Shown: positions 59,596-64,000 of the stretch, in pieces
Layout of the letters: each line of letters begins with the position of its first letter
Position numbering within the stretch: position 1 is the stretch's first letter
NCBI GenBank assembly: GCA_030704615.1
Contig: CM060732.1
Coordinates: 24,366,001-24,430,000, forward strand
Reading direction: 5' to 3'
DNA from: Takakia lepidozioides
Lineage: Eukaryota; Plantae; Bryophyta
DNA length: 64,000 nt
Notes under the pieces: generated by a model
What the model was told of the DNA's origin: nothing
Seen by the model: the letters and a program-made list of their open reading frames with translations, nothing else
Databases searched by the model: none
Position numbers and translations under genes: made by a program

Positions 59596-62591
59596 TGATA
59601 TTTTGCCAACTTACGTTCTTTGAGTGTATAGTATGTAGACGGTCCTAGTCATGGCATAATTATATGATGGTATCATGTACAGAATGAATAAGATGAAATT
59701 TCCCCTGCCCAAAAAACATTCTCCTTCTAAGTTTCAGCTAGATTGCTAATGTTTCTGAGCTCAATTTGAATATCGAGAATTGGACTCCTGTGCAATCTAA
59801 TATATCTTAATGAAAGAATCATAAGGTTATGCGATCAGTGAATGAGAATCTGCAAGTTGTTGAAGAGCGGGAGAGTGCAATTCTGTTGGACAGTAAGGAA
59901 CAAGTAGGGAACTTTGTAAGTGACTATCAAGTTTTAATTTCATGATCCTGAGATGCCTACTCATGCAGCTGCAAGACTAATTTCTTTGAAGAGTGTTGAA
60001 GAAAAGGTTGCAACTTGGCCAAACAATCCACGCATTCAAAGCCTGTATTGCAACACTTTGGTTTCCAAGACCGACTCCTTCAACCGCTGTGATTCCTTTA
60101 GCCGCTATCACATCTATGATGAGAGACAGGCCAAAGTTGTAAAATGAAATGGTACAAAGAGCAATCCAACAATAGAATCTTTTGGAAGGGTTCAACTGTT
60201 CCCAAAGCTGCTCTGAAACATGAGAAGCACCAAATGTGCAAGCTTATGGGAGAGAATGCCAAATCAGGCTATTTAAATGACAGTTAGAGCGAAATATGAA
60301 AACGTCTGCTGGGATCTAGGGAAATATTTACTATTCAATTTAACAGTAACAAAGCATCCAACTACTAGTCAAGTTAGAGGTCAAAGCTAGCTCAAAATTT
60401 TAGTTTGATTGATCACAATTTACAAAACCTGTCTTCTAAACATTGCAAGATCTGGACAAAGATGAGAGAAAGCAGACTGGGACATTTGTGACAAGCAGAG
60501 TTGAAAGCAACCTACCCTTTCGTGGCTCCCACACAAGTTGTTGTCAGATACTTCGGATCATCGGTTGAAAATCATACCAAATACAACATCAACAATTTTA
60601 TGTTCATATCGAAGGCTAGACTCAGGTCAAAGTAGTAAAACAAAAATGACTTCAGCAGCAGGAAACAACAAGCAACCATTCCAATTGCTCCTCCAGAAGT
60701 GTGTTCGCAGAGACACTTGTCATTGCTAGAAGAATAGTCCCTGCATCCTCTACTACTATATCTACAGTAGTGAGTGCAACAGAAGATTGAGAACATAGCA
60801 CCAAGGGCGTCTGAGTCGTGACTACCCAACTTTATCATTTTGTTAAAGCTCAGTTGAGATGGCTAGCATTCCCTAGAGTATTTGGATTGCCCACAAGGCA
60901 CTGTGCTCTTTGTATTTCAATCTTGTTATGAAGCTGCAAAAGTTATGTTTATCAAATTCCTTGCGCATGTTGCATGGTCTGTGTGGTGTGAGAGCATTTG
61001 TGATGACCCACATTTCACCATACTTAGGCCCGTACGATACTAGCGGCACACCAACGGCACTTGAAGAAGTGTGGAACAGGGTACAGCCAAGCATACAGAG
61101 CGTGTACTCTTTCTCTGGTTCTATCGAGACGCCCTCCAATTCGATGCTCATGTGCGAGAGAAACCGGGGTCATCTCAAAGCGGGTCCGCTACATCCGACA
61201 CACAAAAAATACGACGACGACGTGGTTGCCGACGACGACGTGGCGTGACGACGATGACGTGGAAACTAGTTTCCGCTCGTCGCTAGAATTAGAGTGTCCA
61301 CAAAATGTCAAGCCAATAGCTAGCTCCCGACTTGGGGACTGTAAAGACGTAGTAAATCAATCGAACACTACTTATAATAACTTTATTTCTATCATCCTCC
61401 CTCACACATGATTCATTGTGCCGTCTGATTCGTGTAGAGAGCTGTTGAGAGCTACTGCCATTTTCTACCATTGCTATACCGTTAGAGATACGCTCTAATT
61501 ATTAACGATCTAGATTTGCTGATCTAGATTCGGGCGTATTGCGCCTCGACAGGTGGCAGTGACTCGGATGTAATCTGACTTCGAGTAAAAGGGTCTATTT
61601 AACGGGGGTAGGTATTCTGTAGTTCATCTTTCGTGTGCAGGAGGCGAGTGTCTGTGAGACGGAGGGAGTGTGATGGAAGGGCGTCTGCTGTCAATATTGG
61701 TGAGTTAGCAGACACTGATTATCTGTCAGTGTCCTCTGCGATTGATCCCCTCCTCATCGCATGCCCCGCTTTACCGAGCTACTTTCTTCTTTCCAAAAGC
61801 TACTTGGAGAGGAAGGAGAATCCTAACCCTAAGCAAGTTTTGAACATCACAAGATACAACTTGTTGTAATTGTGATCTCCCTGTGAACAATAACCCCCAC
61901 TGTAACTTTATGTTGACTCCTTTAGAAATACCAGAGTGGCCAGAAAGCAATTCTACTTTTTTGGCACGGCTACCAGGGAATGCACATTTTGCAAAAAAAA
62001 TCTGTCGGAAAACAAAATCCGAGAAAATCCTATTTGTGAATTACTTCGAGAGGGGCACCAGTGCAACCTCTAGAGGATCTTTTTCCTAGAGGGAAAGGAG
62101 GAAAAAGAAAATTCCAGGCGCATAAAATTGACAACCCTTCAATCAGGCTTGAATGATGTGAGTTTTCATATTATCTTTGCTGAAAAGATGAAATTGGAGG
62201 ATTAAAGAAAGATGGAAAGGGCCAGAAGATTTGCATGTGATGGGTTCAGAGGTCAGCACCAACCTACATCACCTTAGCTTATGCCCATATCCACCTTGAC
62301 ACCTGAAACCAACCGGTCAAAGTGCCGCGTCACCGCATAGATGTCCAAGCACTGCTGAAGACCATGACATTGCCACTTTGACCTGTGCAGCAAATAGTTC
62401 ACACCGCTGCATGTAGCCCACTTTGTATCTCAATCTGCAATTTCCCTTTGATTACAGTACAGCTGCAAAGTGATCATATACCCCCTCGGAACAGCCATAA
62501 CTTCTTAAGTAGAGGTGGAGAGGAACTGCAGATTTATCCAGGTGCTCACAATACACCTGGAAACTCTTGAAAAAACACGCCGAAGGACAGA

Positions 62592-64000
62592 TCATGACTT
62601 GTTGGCCTCTTCACTGCCTCCTAACCATTCTAGCTGCAACAAACAGAGGTTCCACAAGTCAGGCCAAGGCCACATTGCTATTGTAAACCTATAAGCTTAA
62701 TACAAGCTTCTGACTTGAAGCTCAGCCTCAACAACTGTCATCTTGCAGTCCACCCTGAAATATAGAAGTCGCTCCTCACACACAGTAAGCAAGCATCTAC
62801 ATCTAAGATGCTAGAGCCTTAACTGTTTACACTGTAACTCGTCTCACAATTCTGATCTGCCAGTCCTTCCACCAGTATTGACCATGATCTTCTACAGAAG
62901 GTCTCACTTGAAAATGCCAGGGTAGACCAGATGAAGTTGCTGGATAGGCTTGCTGGGACTCAACCTGTCTACATCAGCTATAGGCATTTTAAGCTCCAGA
63001 ATTCTGCGACAAAATCATTAGTATTATTTGTATAGACCGCTGCATGATGGCAAGTATACAGGTTCGAAATTCACACAGACACACACAAACATATTACCGT
63101 ATTTCCACAGGATAAGAATATGTACCTTCCATGCGTACATAGCTAGGAAAGCCACCACGTCTGCAGACCAAACGGCAGCAAATGACTTCCATACGAGTGG
63201 GAGAGTAACATTGATGAGGGGGACGACCAGAAAGAGGTAGTTCAGAGCATCCTTTTCCTTACTGGAACAGTCTCGTGCCCTTAGGGATGGAATAGCTGCA
63301 ATCAAACATGCAACACAAAAGTCCTCCCTTAGTACACCAGCAATAACAGGAAGAGTAAGAGAGAAAGAAAGAATCGTCCTAACCAACCTCAACATCCTGC
63401 CAGGCAATGTGTGGATGTCTAGCATCCCCAATTCCAATGACTGGCTGGCTGCTGGTGCCACACAATTGTGATGGAAAACCTGGCCACACTCTGGTTGCAT
63501 TACCCCAGGAATCTGCTTTGCCTCTCCCTCAGGTCAAATAGGGACGATTAGCACTAAACCCCTCAACCCCAGCTGCATTTTTCCAATCTTGACGGTATTT
63601 TGCTCTCTTTGAATCCCCAAAGTACTAAAAATTTTAGCTCTCTTAAGGAGCCTTTTCTGTCCAAATTCCCGCTTCACCATTATAGGACACCACATGTCAG
63701 CCAAAGACAACGGACTCTGTTAGTGCCTCCTCATGCATGCCTGTCTGTAGACATATCCCAAGCATGGCGTGCGGGGGAAATTCACTTACTAAACATCCAC
63801 ACAGACCACATGCCCATCAGCCGCCAGACGTCAGGTTGGTCCGAGGGGAAAAGCAAATTGAAGGAGAGCACGCCGCCTAGCACCATGGACACATAGGCTT
63901 GCACCTCGAACACAGTGTAGAGAGTGCTGCCCGGGGTGGCCGGGTTCTTGCTGCGCGCACTTGATGCACGTGGTGCGAAGGTGGCCGCTGTCTTTCGTAC
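62592..64000 (-). CDS. RPH1: RESISTANCE TO PHYTOPHTHORA 1-like chloroplast membrane protein, 5'-partial (exons 64000-63790, 63295-63126, 62633-62592)
   Basis: KTAATFAPRASSARSKNPATPGSTLYTVFEVQAY...WRLMGMWSVWMF|TIPSLRARDCSSKEKDALNYLFLVVPLINV...WSADVVAFLAMYAWK|LEWL. Confidence 0.92.

Overview
This is eukaryotic, intron-rich genomic DNA from a land plant. PLS-class PPR fragments, plastid-targeted genes and compact introns point to a non-seed plant such as a bryophyte (inference). The window has two parts. (1) Bases ~1-24 kb are a nested transposon island. A decayed CACTA TnpA-like gene carries, inside one intron, a 16.9-kb Mutator-like element (MULE, 1776-18714) with a 9-bp TSD GAGACTCAA and degenerate termini. 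The MULE encodes a GCM-finger/DDE/SWIM transposase. Divergently it encodes a spliced gene of roughly 1,050-1,100 aa that fuses a ParB/Sulfiredoxin-like domain to a prokaryote-type beta-class amino (N4-C/N6-A) DNA methyltransferase. The first intron of that gene is filled by about 22 tandem ~116-bp units, nearly all built around a 36-bp palindrome. The transposase is split by a 4.1-kb Pack-CACTA (perfect 32-bp TIRs, TSD ACA) that captured PPR repeats. (2) Bases ~25-64 kb are gene-dense: a PQ-loop transporter, argC (with an RT-less LINE in intron 1), an INTS6-like gene, DEX1, ClpS1 and partial RPH1. The best candidate for an undescribed system is the MULE-borne ParB-methyltransferase plus palindrome array. 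This copy is pseudogenised. All protein family calls come from motif recognition by eye, not database searches.
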